From Marsupella aquatica (Eukaryota; Plantae; Marchantiophyta), in contig OZ316892.1 in assembly GCA_973895155.1 (NCBI GenBank), positions 9,094,283 to 9,158,282 of the forward strand: 64,000 nt of DNA. The letters run 5' to 3'. Shown here piece by piece: positions 1-12,473 of this stretch; the first letter of the stretch is position 1; each line of letters begins with the position of its first letter. The position numbers were made by a program, and so were the translations under genes. The notes beneath the pieces are model-generated. The model made no database searches, was not told the origin of the DNA, and saw only the letters and a list, made by a program, of their open reading frames with translations.

Positions 1-422
1 ATTAAGGCATTAACTGGGTTGCGTTTATTGTCAATCTTGACTAGCTCAAACAAATCAAACAACACCTGTATGATAAAATGATAATATACCTAATGTCAAT
101 GTGCTTTAGTCTATTGTCCATCACCTATGAAAGCAAGGTGGAGTGCATTCCGACTATCACAATGTAGCTTCACATTCCCCTATGGCAATCTTTGACTTGG
201 CAATGAAATATCTGACTATGCGCCAAATTTTATCTCACTTTGATTGTTTTGCATATTCTGTCAATCTGATAGGGGAGCCCGCAGCGATTGTAAAGCTTCC
301 AGTACTGGATGATATGATACAAAAAGGGATGACAATCCCATCTCAATGATAAATCTATTCAACCAAATTGCTTCCTTTGCTGCTTCCGATGCTGCAACAT
401 ACTATGCTTTTGTAGTAGACTA
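1..422 (-). pseudogene. Degenerate Ty1/copia RNase H fragment, same family as the element at 3724-10182, split by a ~140-bp insert
   Basis: Reverse complements of 330-422 and 1-190 align by eye with 9242-9333 and 9328-9515 (STTEAEYVAAAEAAKEAIW...KLHCDS..ALHL...KHIDVRY...ELVKID). The insert at 191-329 is flanked by a near-duplicated GATTG(T/C)CA. Confidence 0.85.
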
Positions 423-988
423 ACGTCGAGGGTGCAAGTATTCCGGAAGAAGGCATTCTTCATTGATGGCCCTGGAAATGATCTCAAGAACAACCTGAAC
501 TCCTTATTTGGCAAGTTCTTTCGGGAGTCCACCTTGGTCTTATTGCCCATCGGCAATCCAAATACTTCTGCAATCACTTTGGGAGTGAGATAGAATACCC
601 TCCCATACACCTTGGTTGCATCCGAATTGTGGTCCAGTGATCCCAAAAATTCTAGTAGCTGTGAATCCAACACCTCCTGCTTCAGCCAAGGTAGCCAAAA
701 AAAGGTCTCCAAGTCAGATCTGGCCATGAAGCCTTGGTATTTTTGGGACAACATGGCCGTAAAACATGCATCCTCATCTTGTACGTGCAACTGCACCTCC
801 TTTGGTAGAACCTCCACCCAACACCTCCATGTGTCATTTTTTGTGGGGATGGCATTGACTAGGTCAACCTCTGGTTCTCCGGCCTCCTCCTGCCTCTTTC
901 TCCCCTGTTTGACAGTCTTTCTTGGTGCCGTTAACCTAGTTCTTTTTGCCGGGGTGGCCTCATCATTGATTGGTACCTTTCTCTTCAT
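423..988 (-). pseudogene. Truncated transposon-associated ORF (plant-mobile-domain-like motif), 3' end replaced by the copia relic
   Basis: Part of ORF 359..1147, likely ATG at 988 (MKRKVP...), with a basic NLS-like N-terminus. The motif GRVFYLTPKVIAEVFGLP resembles the T..dv..llGLP motif of plant TE accessory proteins. The last ~20 codons of the ORF are out-of-frame copia sequence. Confidence 0.45.
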
Positions 989-1195
989 GGTGGCCGCTCT
1001 TGATCTGACTCCCCAAGCACAGTCAACTTTGTCCACACCGCCGTGTTCCCCTTCAAGTCCCAATTTTTTTGTTGCATGGTTGATGGCCTCACGAATGCCA
1101 ATGATTCTTTCTTTGTGAAACAACAACTCAACAAGAGTAATGCCCAAGTGATATTCTTATTTTTGGCCATTCTTGTTGAGTTATTCTTTGCGAAA

Positions 1196-3672
1196 CGGTG
1201 TATCCCATTTGGGATTCAATCTTCAAAAATCCAGTTTGGGTGTCATAAACGTGAGAAAATAAGGTTGAATATGAAACATTTAGGTGCGAAATGCAGGAAA
1301 TTCAAGGTTGAATGTAAAATGGGATACCACGTATCTCACTTCGGATTCAACCGGAAAATCACACGTATTCTAGAATCAAAAGATAGAAAATTCCATGTTT
1401 AATGTGAAGTGAGATACCAAGTATCCCATTGGTATTCAACCTCTGAATATCTTTCACGTTAGGGTTGAAATGCAGAGTTTGAATGCGAAGTGAGGTACCG
1501 CGTGTCCCATTGGGTATTTCACAATAAACACAATGACGGACCAAATGACTTCTAGTTTTGTCCACGGAAAAAAATGTATATATAAGGCAAAAAAGTGTCA
1601 GATACACATTCCACATTCCTTGTAAAAACCAAGTTTTTTGTTGCAAAAAAGGGGAAAAGAAGTAGTTAAATCCAAATGTGGGATCACAAACGATAGTCAA
1701 ACCTCTATGGTCATATTACCTGCAAAAAATATTCCCCCAAAATTCATTTTAACTGTAATTTTTAACCAATTGCGCCTCAACTATGGTCAAAAACTAACAA
1801 AAAATGTAAATAGAAGTGCTTTGACAAGAAGATAACATTCATTTTTCTTTGAGTTTGTTTCCTCTTCCTTTTCCTCTCATCAAATCCCAAATCTTAATAC
1901 ACTTTTATATTCAATCAAAATAAAAGCAATAAGGAGGTTGGATTTGGTGATATATAAAATTATGAGTTGAAATCAGAAGGAGGAATGTGAAGTGGGATAC
2001 GGCGTATCTATTTTGGATTCAACCCAAAGATATGAGGCTTTTGGAATGCACAAGCCGTAAGTTGTGGAGTAAGTTGAATACGAATTGGGATACCAGTCAC
2101 TTATCCCACTTTGGATTCAATCCAAAGATATGAGGCTTTTGGAACGCACAAGCCATAAATTGAGAAATTCAATCCAAAGCTAGTGAGATACCGGGTGACC
2201 ATTCTTAACTTTGAGCCCCTAAGCTTTCAATTATTTTTTCAAAGTTAAATCCAAAGACCCTATAGCTGCCCAATAGCCTTGAAATGATCCAAATTCATAC
2301 TTAACATCTTCATCACTAGTTGTGACAAGAATTGATGTGTTTAAGAATAAGTACCCGTTACGTCATATGGATGACCTCTTTGGTTGCCTCTCTGGGGCTA
2401 AGAAGTTTTCAAAGGTGAACTTGCGGTCTGGGTATTGCCAGACTATGTGTAACTCAATCAAATTCATATAGTGGATTTGAAAAGATTTCATCATAGCACA
2501 TTAAATTGGTCCATAAAAAGTCCAAAACGATGAAAGATTAACTAAGATATGATCAAATTAAATTGTGGGGTGAAATTACAAAATTCCAAAAAATTAAGTT
2601 TGTACCCTCTCACGCTTTGGAAGCCATATCTTTGTCGGTATTTATCCAAATCCCTTATAATTGATACAGTTAGAAAGAAGAGATTGAGACGCTTTAGTTG
2701 CTTCACTAGGAGCTACAAAAATAGAAAAATAAAAATATGAGACCAGGCAAATCTTGCAAAAAAAATCAGATTATATTTCTCTTGAAGAAAATCAACAAAA
2801 GATGGAAACTTTAAGAGGAATACCAAGTGGGGATGAGGAGTATCTCATTTGGTATTCAAACATGTTATTTCACAAATCTATAAAGAAAAAAAGTCATAAA
2901 AACTTGTATGAATATATAATTTGGTATAAGAACATGTTGTTTGATCCCATTTGGTATAAGAACATATTATTTTACATATCAAAAACTTTATAAAGAGTGA
3001 TAAGAACTTTACAAAGACCAAATGGGATCCACTTTGGTATTCAAAGTGAAAATGGACAAGTGTCTAGCTTGTGGACGAAGGCCAATTCGGGACTTTGAAT
3101 CTGAGGTGGGGTCCATAGACCCACTTGGTATTTGCCTCCATTTTTAGGTAGGTCGGTTGATTTGTCCTACATATTTTGAAAGAGTAAAAAATAGATGTGA
3201 TTGGGTTGTGATGAGCAAGGAAAAATATGAATTTTTTTTGAGATTGGATAGACAAATGGGACTCACTCATGTATTCAAATTTGGGGGTGACTATCACGTG
3301 GGATCCGTGGATCTCATATGGTATTCAAAGCCCAATATCGAGTTGTTTGTAGTAGTTAACACATTATTTTTAAAATTTAAACCAAATGATTGGGATCCAT
3401 GGATCTCATATGGTATTCAAAGCCCAATATTGAGTTGTTTGTAGCAATTAACACATTATTTTTAAAGTTGAATACCAAATGGGATACGTGGATCTCATTT
3501 GGTATTCACCCTTGGTTTTGAGAGGGTTATTTTTGGACCTATTTAGAAAAATTAATGGGATCCGTGGATCCTTGTTGATATTCAAACCTTGATTTAGGCG
3601 CATGGCGCGATGATCAAGTATTTTGAAGTCGAATACCAGATTGGATACTTGGATCTAAATTCATATTCAAAT
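1196..3672. repeat. Field of ~15-18 dispersed imperfect hairpin repeats (consensus ~TTGAATACCAAATGGGAT-N5-6-ATCYCATTTGGTATTCAA)
   Basis: Best copy is at 3468-3508 (gaataccaaatgggat acgtgg atctcatttggtattc). Others lie at about 1308, 1400, 1480, 1983, 2075, 2818, 3016, 3297, 3390, 3555 and 3630. The motif resumes after the copia element at ~10328-10592. Confidence 0.8.
2343..2441 (+). pseudogene. Isolated Ty3/gypsy reverse-transcriptase fragment (~100 bp)
   Basis: Translates to [33 protein letters not shown], matching the gypsy RT consensus KNKYPLPRIDDLFDQL.GA..FSKIDLRSGYHQ. No flanking gypsy sequence was recognised. Confidence 0.85.
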
Positions 3673-3723
3673 TGCATTCCGGCCCCAAGATGCGCTTGGG
3701 TTAACTTAACTAACTGTGAGAAT

Positions 3724-4126
3724 TGTTGGGTATTTACTCTTACGTCTAGGTTAGGTATGACGTGGTTGGTACAACAACGTGGGTTGGTACAACTACGTGA
3801 TTAGGTACAACTATGTGGTTAGGTACAACTACGTGATTAGGTACAACTATGTGGTTAGGTACAACTAAGTTGCACACTATATCATAAGAGGTATGTGTGC
3901 TTGGAGAGGTAGAACCAAGGCTCATTGTTATGGAGCCACTTGAGAGATAGGGAGAGCTTACACTGTGGAGACTCGGTATAGCCGACGGGCTTAGAGTTCA
4001 GTAAAGCTCTCTTGTGTGTTCCCGTGGACGTAGCCTCAAGGAGGTGAACCACGTATCTCTTGTATCGACTATTATGCGTTGGATGGTTCATGGGCTTGCC
4101 GTTGCGATCGTCGTCTATGCTCAACA
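3724..4126 (+). repeat. 5' LTR
   Basis: TGTTGGG...TCAACA. Two differences seen versus the 3' LTR, both transitions. Confidence 0.97.
3762..3870 (+). promoter_or_regulatory. Six tandem ~18-bp repeats in LTR U3 (GRTTAGGTACAACTAYGT), each with a GTAC core; also present in the 3' LTR at ~9818-9926
   Basis: The tandem array is directly visible. A regulatory role is inferred from its position in U3. Confidence 0.7.
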
Positions 4127-4128
4127 AT

Positions 4129-4140
4129 TGGTATCAGAGC
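4129..4140 (+). other. Primer binding site (initiator tRNA-Met)
   Basis: TGGTATCAGAGC, 2 bp after the 5' LTR. Confidence 0.95.
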
Positions 4141-5280
4141 ATGCTTGGGAGGTGACGTGTGTTCGTGACGGGATTTCATGACGGTTTTTCCAGCGTTGAG
4201 TGTTGGTGGATTTTCCAGAGTTCCATCGCATGGAACTTGGAGTTTATGGGCTCAACGGATAGATCAGGGCAAGAGCTTTCTAACGGTGTGAAGAAATCGT
4301 TGAACGGAGCTCGTGGTGCAGAGAGATCTAAGTTTTCGTCGTTCTGGATTTTGTGAAGAAAGTTGGCAATCGACTCGGAGGGAGAAGCGTCAAGTGTTTT
4401 GACTCAACGGAGAGATTGAGGCAAGACGATTGTTTTTGAGTCCGGGATTGGCTCTTTGATGCAAAGAGGAAGGCTAAGCAAAATCAATTACCTTGTTGGA
4501 CTTGGTGACGGCACCAAGTGCAATTGATCAACATTCGTTGTTGACAAGGTACCATTTTTTTCTCTTTGAAAAACTGATTCGAAATTGGCTATGGCAATTG
4601 AGAGAAATCTGTCATCTTTACCAATTTTTTTCTCCCTCGTTCTTTCCTCGTTTTGGGTGCTTCTTATATCGATCTTCATCGCCTCGGAGTCTAGTTTCCA
4701 AATCTGAAATCGGATCTTGATTTCGTCAAAACCCGAGTGAGATATCTTGCGTTTGGTGTCGAGGGGTACATTCTGCCGTGTGTATTTTCTGCGCGCGCGA
4801 CCAGATTTCGACGACGAAGGGTGGTAGGGGGTTTTGGGGGTTCGAGGACACATGTCAGCCCCTCGATTGTTCTTCCAAAATTCCCACAGGGCCTGTACAA
4901 GGGTCATAGAATATTCCAAAAAACCAGAGAGCTATTTTTTGACCGTCCGACAAAGATTTCATCCGCCGAACGGTAACTTTTTTGGTTATTTTTCGGCGAG
5001 GTCGTAGCCATTGAAGTTGGCAATGCAGCGCACCAATCACATCGCAATTCCGACAACGGGTTGTACTTGGTATTTCGGTTATTCCCTGAGGTGGTCAAAA
5101 CGGGGGAGTTTCCCAAGGTTTTACCCACCTCGACCGAAATTTGAATAACTTTTCCGTCAAATTTCGATTTTGATTTTGGTTTTCAGTATTGGACTCCTAG
5201 CTTTGTGGGCTACGCGGCGGTGTTGAGTTTCGATTTTTTTGAGAAGTTGTGAAAAACAACATTTTTTGTGATTTTTTCAT

Positions 5281-6315
5281 ATGAGTGATTCGGAGGAGTT
5301 TTTCGAAGACGTGGAACTTGAAGTACGAGGATCACCGCGGAGGTTTCAGGGGCAGAGAGAGGAGCAGGAGGAAGAGCACGTGACACCGATACCATCACCG
5401 GTGTGGCGTGTGGTGGAGGAAGCAGTACTACTACCGGAGCTCACGGTAAAGAAGAAGATGGGGACTTTCAAGCTTGGGGGACCCAAGTATGAAGTGACAA
5501 AGTATGATGGGCGTTCTGACTACTTGCTATGGGAGAAGCAGGTGAAGGGAGTGCTTTATGCGTCAGGGATGGGCCAACTGCTAAGCCCTCGTGAAGACGA
5601 TGTTGATGAGAAACAATGGGACCGCATGCAGGAGCAGGAAGTGTGGTGTGTTACACTCTATCTCATGCCTCCCATCATCAAGCAGTTAGGTGCACATAAG
5701 GATTGCATGTCCTTGTTTGCGGAATTGCAGAGCAAGTATCACCGCAAGGAGTTGTCGAACCGGCTCTACACTTCCTACAAACTGATGAGTTTCAGGATGA
5801 AGGAATCTGGTACGAAGTTGCAAGACCATGTGGATGCTTTCAACGACATGGTCGTTGACTTGGAAAACCTTGGGGAGACTTTGAATGATGAGACGAAGGC
5901 TCTGCAGCTTCTTAGTTCATTGCCTCCATCTTACCAGTCCCTATCACGAGTGTTGTTGCATCGTGATAGGGATACCATTTCATACAATGACGTGGTAAGT
6001 TCTCTGCTTAGTGATGATCTTCAGCAGAAGATGCACATCACGTCACAACCTTCATCATCTGGTGCTGCCCTCAATGTTAACCATGGGAGGAGTATGCAGC
6101 GACCAACTGGGGACCGTAGAACCCAGTTTAGATCTAAATCCAGATCTAAGTCCAAGGGTAAATCCCCTCAGAGGAGGCAGGTGACATGTTGGAAGTGCAA
6201 CCAAGTTGGACACTTCAAGCGAGACTGTAAGGGAAAGGCAGCGGAAACTTCATCGGCAAATATGGCTAGGGCTGATGGAGAAGCTGATTTACTCAATGAT
6301 GAGTATGTTTTATGA
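5281..6315 (+). CDS. gag: Copia Gag with CCHC zinc knuckle
   Basis: 344-aa ORF with KYDGRSDYLLWE, a retrotransposon gag core and CWKCNQVGHFKRDC. It ends at a TGA in frame with the protease start. Confidence 0.9.
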   Translation: MSDSEEFFEDVELEVRGSPRRFQGQREEQEEEHVTPIPSPVWRVVEEAVLLPELTVKKKMGTFKLGGPKYEVTKYDGRSDYLLWEKQVKGVLYASGMGQLLSPREDDVDEKQWDRMQEQEVWCVTLYLMPPIIKQLGAHKDCMSLFAELQSKYHRKELSNRLYTSYKLMSFRMKESGTKLQDHVDAFNDMVVDLENLGETLNDETKALQLLSSLPPSYQSLSRVLLHRDRDTISYNDVVSSLLSDDLQQKMHITSQPSSSGAALNVNHGRSMQRPTGDRRTQFRSKSRSKSKGKSPQRRQVTCWKCNQVGHFKRDCKGKAAETSSANMARADGEADLLNDEYVL

Positions 6316-9300
6316 AGCCGGGGGTATGCCCTGTGCACGTCATCTAGGAGAGCAGATGATGTGTGGATTCTTGATTGTGCTTGCTCTTTTCATATTTGTT
6401 ACATTCGTGAGTTTTTTCAGTTCTTACTCTATTTAAAACGGTTCAGTTCTGATGGGAAATGATCACTCCTGTCAAATTGAGGGAATTGGGTCTGTGAAGA
6501 TTCAAATGTTTGATGGCGCTGTGCGCACAGTGTCCGGAGTCAGGTATGTACCTGGCATGCGTAAGAATCTGATTTCACTCGGTGTGTTGGATTCAAATGG
6601 TCATCAATGGAGCGTTATTGATGGTGAACTTCAAGTCAGGTCGGGAGAGACAGTGATTTTGAAGGGGAGTAGACAAAAGAATTTATATATGTTACAGGGC
6701 AATACTGTATGTGGAGAGGCCAATGTAACCAAGTCTCACGAGGAGATGACTCAACTGTGGCATTCACGGCTAGGTCACATGAGTGAGAAGGGTTTGGCTA
6801 TCTTACGAAAGAATGGACTCATTTCTGATTTGCAATCTTGTAAATTAGAGTTTTGTGAGCATTGCATTCTTGGAAAGTAGCATCGTCGTGCTTTTGGTGT
6901 TGGAACTCATCGTTCCAAAGCGGTTCTTGAGTACATACATAGTGACGTGTGGGGTCCATCCCCGACTCCCTCACACTCTGGAAAGTTGTACTATGTATCA
7001 TTTATTGATGATTACTCAAGATTTGTGTGGATTTATTTCATGACGCATAAGTCTGATGTCTTGTCCATTTTTAAGAAGTGGAAGGCCCAGGTGGAGAATC
7101 AGACTGGAAACACGATCAAGTGTTTGGATACAAGGGTGAAGAGTCTGAGGTCAGACAACGGCGGGGAGTACACTTCAATGGAATTTGAAGAGTACTGTTC
7201 AGAACAGGGGATAACTCGCCATCTCACCACAGTTTATACTCCGCAGCAGAATGATGTCGCTGAGAGGCTCAATCGGACACTGTTGGAGCGGTCACGGAGT
7301 ATGTTGAGCCAATCAGGTTTACCATAAGAATTTTGGGCAGAAGCTGTCAATACCGCAGCTTATTTGGTAAATCTTTCTCCTTCTAGTGCTATGAATTTCA
7401 AAACGCCGTTTGAGATGCGCTATAAGCGGCAAGCAGACTATCATGGCTTGGTAGTTTTTGGAAGTGATGCATATGCTCTCACACCGAAGCAGAATAGGAC
7501 CAAGTTGGATCCTACCTCCAAGAAATGTGTTTTTCTTGGGTACCAGAGTGGTGTGAAAGCCTATAGGCTATGGGATCCTATTGCCTGTAAGCTCGTTGTC
7601 AGTAGGGATGTTTCCTTCAATGAATCCAGATTATTGAAGGAGGGGGAGAATACTCAGGTCTCCCGTACTGACAAAGGAAAATCTCCTATCCCGGATCTCG
7701 TTGAGGGGGAGATTGGTTATGAGGTGCATGACCGGAGAGAAGGAGTTGCTCCAATTATGGAGCTGGTTCCTGTGCCAGAGGAACCATAGGAGTTTGTTGA
7801 TGCTGGTGAGCAGCAAGTGGATGTTGTTGAGCTTCAAATTGTACCAGCACACGCAGATCAACCGAAGTCATCGGCTAGAAGAACATCTGGTCGCACTGTA
7901 CGTGCTCCACCAAGGTATGGACAGTGGGTTGATTCATCTCAACTGCAAGAAAATAATTTTGCAGCTGATGATGAGGGTGATGCGTTAATTTTGGAAGAAG
8001 GGGAACCTTCTTCATTTCATGAGGCAAGTGCTTCAAAGGAGAAGCAGAAGTGGACTGCAGCAATGCAAACGGAGATGCAGTCACTAAAGGACAACAAAAC
8101 TTTGGAGCTTGTTAAGCTGCCTAAGGGTCAGCAAGTGGTGGACAGCAAGTGGATTTACAAGCTGAAGGATAATTCCATAGGAGGTGGATCGAAGGTCTAC
8201 AAGGCTAGGTTGGTAGCAAAGGGATTCACACAAGAGAAAGGTGTGGATTACAATGAGGTCTTCTCACCAGTTGCTAAGTACTCTACAATACGACTATTAT
8301 GTGTACTTGTTGTAATGTTTGGTCTGCTGCTAGATCAGATGGATGTTGTCACAACTTTCCTCTATGGCACATTGGAAGAGGTGATCTTCATGAGACAACC
8401 GCTAGGTTTTGTGAAGAGAGGACAGGAGGAATTGGTTTGCAGATTGCTGAAATCCTTGTATGGGTTGAAGCAGTCACCAAGACAGTGGAACAAGCGGTTT
8501 GACGATTGGATTCGGTCACAAGGTTTTCACAGAAGTGTATTTGACCCTTGTGTGTATTTGAAATCGGTAAAGAATATTGTATTTGGGTTCATTGTTTTAG
8601 TACTTTATGTGGATGATATGCTAATTGCAGCCAAGGATAGGTCTGAGATTGTTAAGCTCAAGGCACTGCTTAGTGCAGAGTTTAAGATGAAGGACTTAGG
8701 GCCAGCTAAGAGGATTTTGGGTATGGAGATCACTAGGGACTTGAAGGCTGGCAAGCTATGGTTGACGCAGAGCAGTTATGCGAGGAAGGTAATTGCAAGG
8801 TTCAACATGGGGAATAGCAAGCCAGTAAGTACCCCGTTGGCTCCACACTTCAAGTTATCATCAGCGTTCTGTCCTACGGATGACACAGAGAAGGGGTTGA
8901 TGTCAAAGGTTCCGTATGACAAGGCAGTGGGGAGTCTCATGTATTTGATGACTTGCACTAGACCTGATCTTGCCATGGCTATGGGCAAGGTAAGCAGGTA
9001 CATGTCAAATCCAGGGAAGGTACACTGGGAAGCAGTGAAGTGGATTATCAGGTACTTGAAGGGTACCGTGGATCATGGTCTTTTATTTGATGCGAATGCA
9101 AAGAATGCTAAATCATTGATTGGCTATGTTGATTCTGACTATGGACAAGATTTGGACCGAAGGAGATCAACAACAGGATACGTGTTCACACTTGGCGGTG
9201 GATGCATAAGTTGGAGGTCTACTTTGCAGAAGTGTATTGCTCAGTCTACTACAGAAGCGGAGTATGTTGCAGCTGCGGAAGCAGCAAAGGAAGCGATTTG

Positions 9301-9589
9301 GTTGGATAGACTTATCACTGAAATGGGATTGCCACAGGGGAATGTGAAGCTCCATTGTGATAGTCAAAGTGCGCTCCACCTTGCTGTGAACCAGGTGATG
9401 GACAGCAGAGTGAAGCACATTGACGTTAGGTACCATTTTATCAGGCAGGCTGTGTTTGATAATTTGTTTGAGCTAGTCAAGATTGATGGTAAACTCAACC
9501 CGGTTGACGCATTTACCAAAGTGATTCCTTTGGAGAGTTTCTCTAGACACCGTGACGTATTGCAGGTTTTGCAATTGCATCACAAGTAG
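6316..9589 (+). pseudogene. pol: Copia Pol (protease, integrase, RT, RNase H), disrupted
   Basis: Motifs WILDCACSFH (PR), WHSRLGH..CEHC, HSDVWGP, SDNGGEY (IN), LYVDDML (RT) and DSDYG..STTEAEY (RH). Lesions: a +1 frameshift in the T-run at ~6412-6417 and in-frame stops at 6434, 6878, 7325 and 7787. Confidence 0.93.
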
Positions 9590-9768
9590 AGTTTTCTTAA
9601 CATTCATTGTAATTACTGATATATGCTCTTCCTCATTCCTATGTATTAGGCTACGGCTTAGTTCTGGTTTGCTCTAGTTAGAGAGGGAAACCGGTTTGGT
9701 TTTTGTCCAGAACTTCCCGCTGAGGGATCATATACATTGGCAGTATTACTCTCCCCTAGACCAGAGTC

Positions 9769-9778
9769 AAGGGGAAGA
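9769..9778 (+). other. Polypurine tract
   Basis: AAGGGGAAGA just upstream of the 3' LTR. Confidence 0.9.
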
Positions 9779-9779
9779 T

Positions 9780-10182
9780 TGTTGGGTATTTACTCTTACG
9801 TCTAGGTTAGGTATGACGTGGTTGGTACAACAACGTGGGTTGGTACAACTACGTGATTAGGTACAACTATGTGGTTAGGTACAACTACGTGATTAGGTAC
9901 AACTATGTGGTTAGGTACAACTAAGTTGCACACTATATCATAAGAGGCATGTGTGCTTGGAGAGGTAGAACCAAGGCTCATTGTTATGGAGCCACTTGAG
10001 AGATAGGGAGAGCTTACACTGTGGAGACTCGGTATAGCCGACGGGCTTAGAGTTCAGTAAAGCTCTCTTGTGTGTTCCCGTGGACGTAGCCTCAAGGAGG
10101 TGAACCACGTATCTCTTGTGTCGACTATTATGCGTTGGATGGTTCATGGGCTTGCCGTTGCGATCGTCGTCTATGCTCAACA
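9780..10182 (+). repeat. 3' LTR
   Basis: Near-identical to 3724-4126, followed by TSD AGAAT. Confidence 0.97.
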
Positions 10183-12473
10183 AGAATCAACCGTGGTTTG
10201 GAGGAAATGCTTTGTGGTAGGTGTTTTTACGCTTAGTAAATATTGAAATCTCACTGGTTTACCCTTTCTGGTAAATATGTCCGCCAAACAGTTAATTTAG
10301 CATGTTTTTGATTGATTTTTTTTGAACGAATGCAAAGTGGGATACGCGATACATCTCAGTTTGTTTTGCACTACTTGATTGGCAATTAGAGTTTTTTTGT
10401 ATTTGGTTTCTTTTGAGACGCATTGATTTAGCTTTCAGAGACAGGACTTGGAAATCGTTGTTTTAGGTTTTCAGAGTTTTCCCTCAATTTAGAGAGGAAC
10501 TGTTAGGAAATTATAAATTATAGAGATTTGCCTTTTTTTGGTTAGAAAGTATCCCAAGCTTGAATCCGATGTTGGATCCAATTTTGGATTCATACTAGAA
10601 TTCATGTCTTTTAGGTAAATTTATAGGATTTTTTGCCATTTTCTGCAAAATCCAAAGCACACTTCTTGTTGGGTGGTCACACTTCCCATTTGGTCCATCA
10701 CTGTGTTGTTGATGGTTGGACAACCATAGAATAATATGTATAATTATTTAGTTTCATGGTCTATGGACTATATAGGAGATGTAGGATGTACTGTCAAGTG
10801 AAAAGGTGAAGTAAATTGCATTGAGTGTAAAGACAAAGAAAATTGAATGATTGCAAAATTTTAGGTTCCTTAACTTATGAGAATGATACTTATCCTTTTT
10901 TTGTAGGTATTGTTTGATTCAAAACAAAACTTTACTTAAAGTTTTTTAAGGGTAAACATAGTGGAAAAATGGCTGCTTTAACATACATAAGGGTGAGAAA
11001 AAAATTATTTTCACTTATAAGTTAAGGAGTCTAGACCTAAAAATGTCGCACGTGATGTAGTATCCTTCATACAGTGACCCCCCAAGGGTATGTCAAATGA
11101 TATACATATTTTAATAATAAAATACAGAGTATATATATGTGATAATCCTTATCTGACAGTGTAATTACAAGAAATGATGTCTGACATCACCTCAAATATG
11201 TCTTTTTATTCAAGTATGAAAGTACACAGGTTGGAAGGAGAATCTTTTGGGGTATAAGAAAGTTTTTGGATTTTGCATAGAGTATGAGTATGAGACTCTA
11301 GAAGGAAGAAAAATGGGTTAATTTTGCTTTCACTCCCTTTTTTTGCTTCTTCTGTGTATTTAATTGTGCATTTTTTCTGTTTATTTAATGGTGCGAAGGT
11401 AAGAAAAGTGGGGAGGAATGGAGGTGGCACAGGAGTGAAGAAAAAGGAAAAAGGAGAGAGAAAAAATTAAAATGTTCTCCTCCCAATTATAGTTTTGTGC
11501 AACCACATGCACATTGACCCTGCAAAGCATGAGGGCCATCACCTCTCTTGGGCTCCCTCGCCCTGGCTCCCACATCCTTGCTCTCCCCAACAACATAGCT
11601 TTCACAACAATAACAACATCTTTTTCTAAAATCAAGTAAAAATGCAAAAGTGAAGGCAGTTGTTTCTAGTACCTTTTTTGATTGATTGATTCTTTTTGTT
11701 TGTTTTACCTTTTGTAATAAAATGGTCCCAAAATTTGTTGTTCCATCTAAATCTTCAACATTCTTTTTAAAAAACTTTTCAAAAAATGGATCTTTAATGA
11801 TGGGCCAATAAGATTTTTAGTCCACAACATAAGCTCCCAACATTTCACACAAGACCTTTCTTGCTTGACATGCCCCCTCATCTCTATTAGTCTTGTCTAG
11901 CACGAGCATTGGGCTACTTTAGCATATTATGCATGTAGCACTTTAGCTTTAAATAATTAAGATTTTGCAAAATGTTGTCTACCGCAAAATAATTGCAAAA
12001 CGAAACCCAATGCGCATATGTGTGTAAATGGGGGGTGTGCAGTTGGATTACTACTGTAGCTTTTTTCTCCAAAACAGTTGAGAGGGACTATTTTGCATCA
12101 GATCTGCAAAGAGGGATGAATTGAAAATACACATATATAAGGGATTGCTTTGCAAATTCTGCAAAAACAAAATACTCACAAAAGCTTATGTCTTTCGCAA
12201 AAGTGGGCTAAACAAGTGGAGTGTTAGCAGCCGGGTTCTGATCGAAGTTTCTCATTCTGATCGAAGTTTCTCAACTATCAAACTATATTTATGAACACCA
12301 GATATTTGACTCTTAGTTTGGAAGACGGACACCATTAGCTACTTATAGATCTTGAGCAACTCTAACTCGCCACTCAGATCGACCATTGTATGAGGGCGGT
12401 CAGCCTAGTTTAGGAACTCCTGAGATTTGGAAGGTCTGCTGTCATAGTATCGATAACCTGCACTGCCTGCTTA

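Larger units (their letters stand above)
3724..10182 (+). mobile_element. Full-length Ty1/copia LTR retrotransposon (coding region inactivated)
   Basis: Two 403-bp TG...CA LTRs, 5-bp TSD AGAAT (3719-3723 and 10183-10187), PBS and PPT. Domain order is gag-PR-IN-RT-RH. Confidence 0.98.

Noticed and set aside
1196-3672. CRISPR-like array of palindromic repeats with unique spacers
   Set aside because: Repeats are degenerate and irregularly spaced, there are no cas genes, and the context is eukaryotic TE sequence.
3882-4127. 81-aa minus-strand ORF repeated at 9938-10183
   Set aside because: It is duplicated only because it lies in the LTRs; no coding features.
6313-6315. Programmed stop-codon readthrough between gag and pol
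   Set aside because: The TGA is in frame with the protease but is simply explained by CGA>TGA, given four other stops. It would be revived only if all family copies share it.
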